Shown here piece by piece: positions 63,907-64,000 of a DNA stretch of 64,000 nucleotides; position 1 is the stretch's first letter, and each line of letters opens with the position of its first letter. The notes under the pieces are model-generated. The model searched no databases and was not told the DNA's origin. It saw nothing but the letters and a program-made list of their open reading frames with translations. The translations under genes were made by a program, and so were the position numbers. Source of the DNA: Candidatus Woesearchaeota archaeon. Its GTDB lineage: Archaea; Nanobdellota; Nanobdellia; Woesearchaeales; GCA-023898365. The stretch is from the NCBI GenBank assembly GCA_023898365.1, contig CP060219.1, positions 133,743 to 197,742 on the forward strand. The letters are read 5' to 3'.

Positions 63907-64000
63907 ACTTAGAGCGAATCAACAACCATTTATATATGTTACTCTTGTGAAGTGATAATTCATCTCTTTTTTGGTGGTTTTCGAGGAGAAACAACCCGTT

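Overview
This window looks like a compact archaeal chromosome fragment. The gene content supports that: exosome Rrp4/Rrp41/Rrp42, RpoK, RpoP, eL43, Pcc1, prefoldin beta, PCNA, ATP-dependent DNA ligase, GatD, RtcA, archaeal-type LeuRS, tRNA-guanine transglycosylase, ThiI, aCPSF2 and RNase J. Many genes overlap by 4 nt at start/stop. Several ATGs sit about 27 nt downstream of the centre of a TATA-like box, which suggests leaderless mRNAs. A DPANN-like small-genome origin is inference only. I found two intron-containing tRNAs. tRNA-Pro(UGG) has a 33-nt intron in the T-loop at 59/60. tRNA-Leu(CAA) has a canonical 51-nt intron and is followed by a 63-bp tandem repeat that recopies the tRNA 3' end. 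Roughly 40% of the window encodes orphan, signal-bearing, sequon-rich surface proteins in two blocks (18.3-28.1 kb and 35.2-43.8 kb). The best candidate for an undescribed system is the 35.2-43.8 kb block, which holds six extracytoplasmic proteins. They include an orphan double-length archaellin-domain protein, a vWA protein and DUF11-like adhesins, with no motor or peptidase genes nearby. Other leads: (1) an apparently intact class A PBP (GT51 + transpeptidase, Tat-like signal) in an archaeal context; (2) two loci of paralogous coiled-coil proteins, one with an amphipathic N-terminus and a long acidic disordered region; (3) a 1114-aa adhesin with a cytoplasmic degenerate C39-like domain, followed by a Gly-zipper mini-protein; (4) an RD/RE-rich tail on Rrp4; (5) a low-GC ion-transport island at 47.3-53.0 kb. 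I saw no rRNA, CRISPR array, transposase, integrase or reverse transcriptase. All family calls come from motifs read by eye; no database search was possible.
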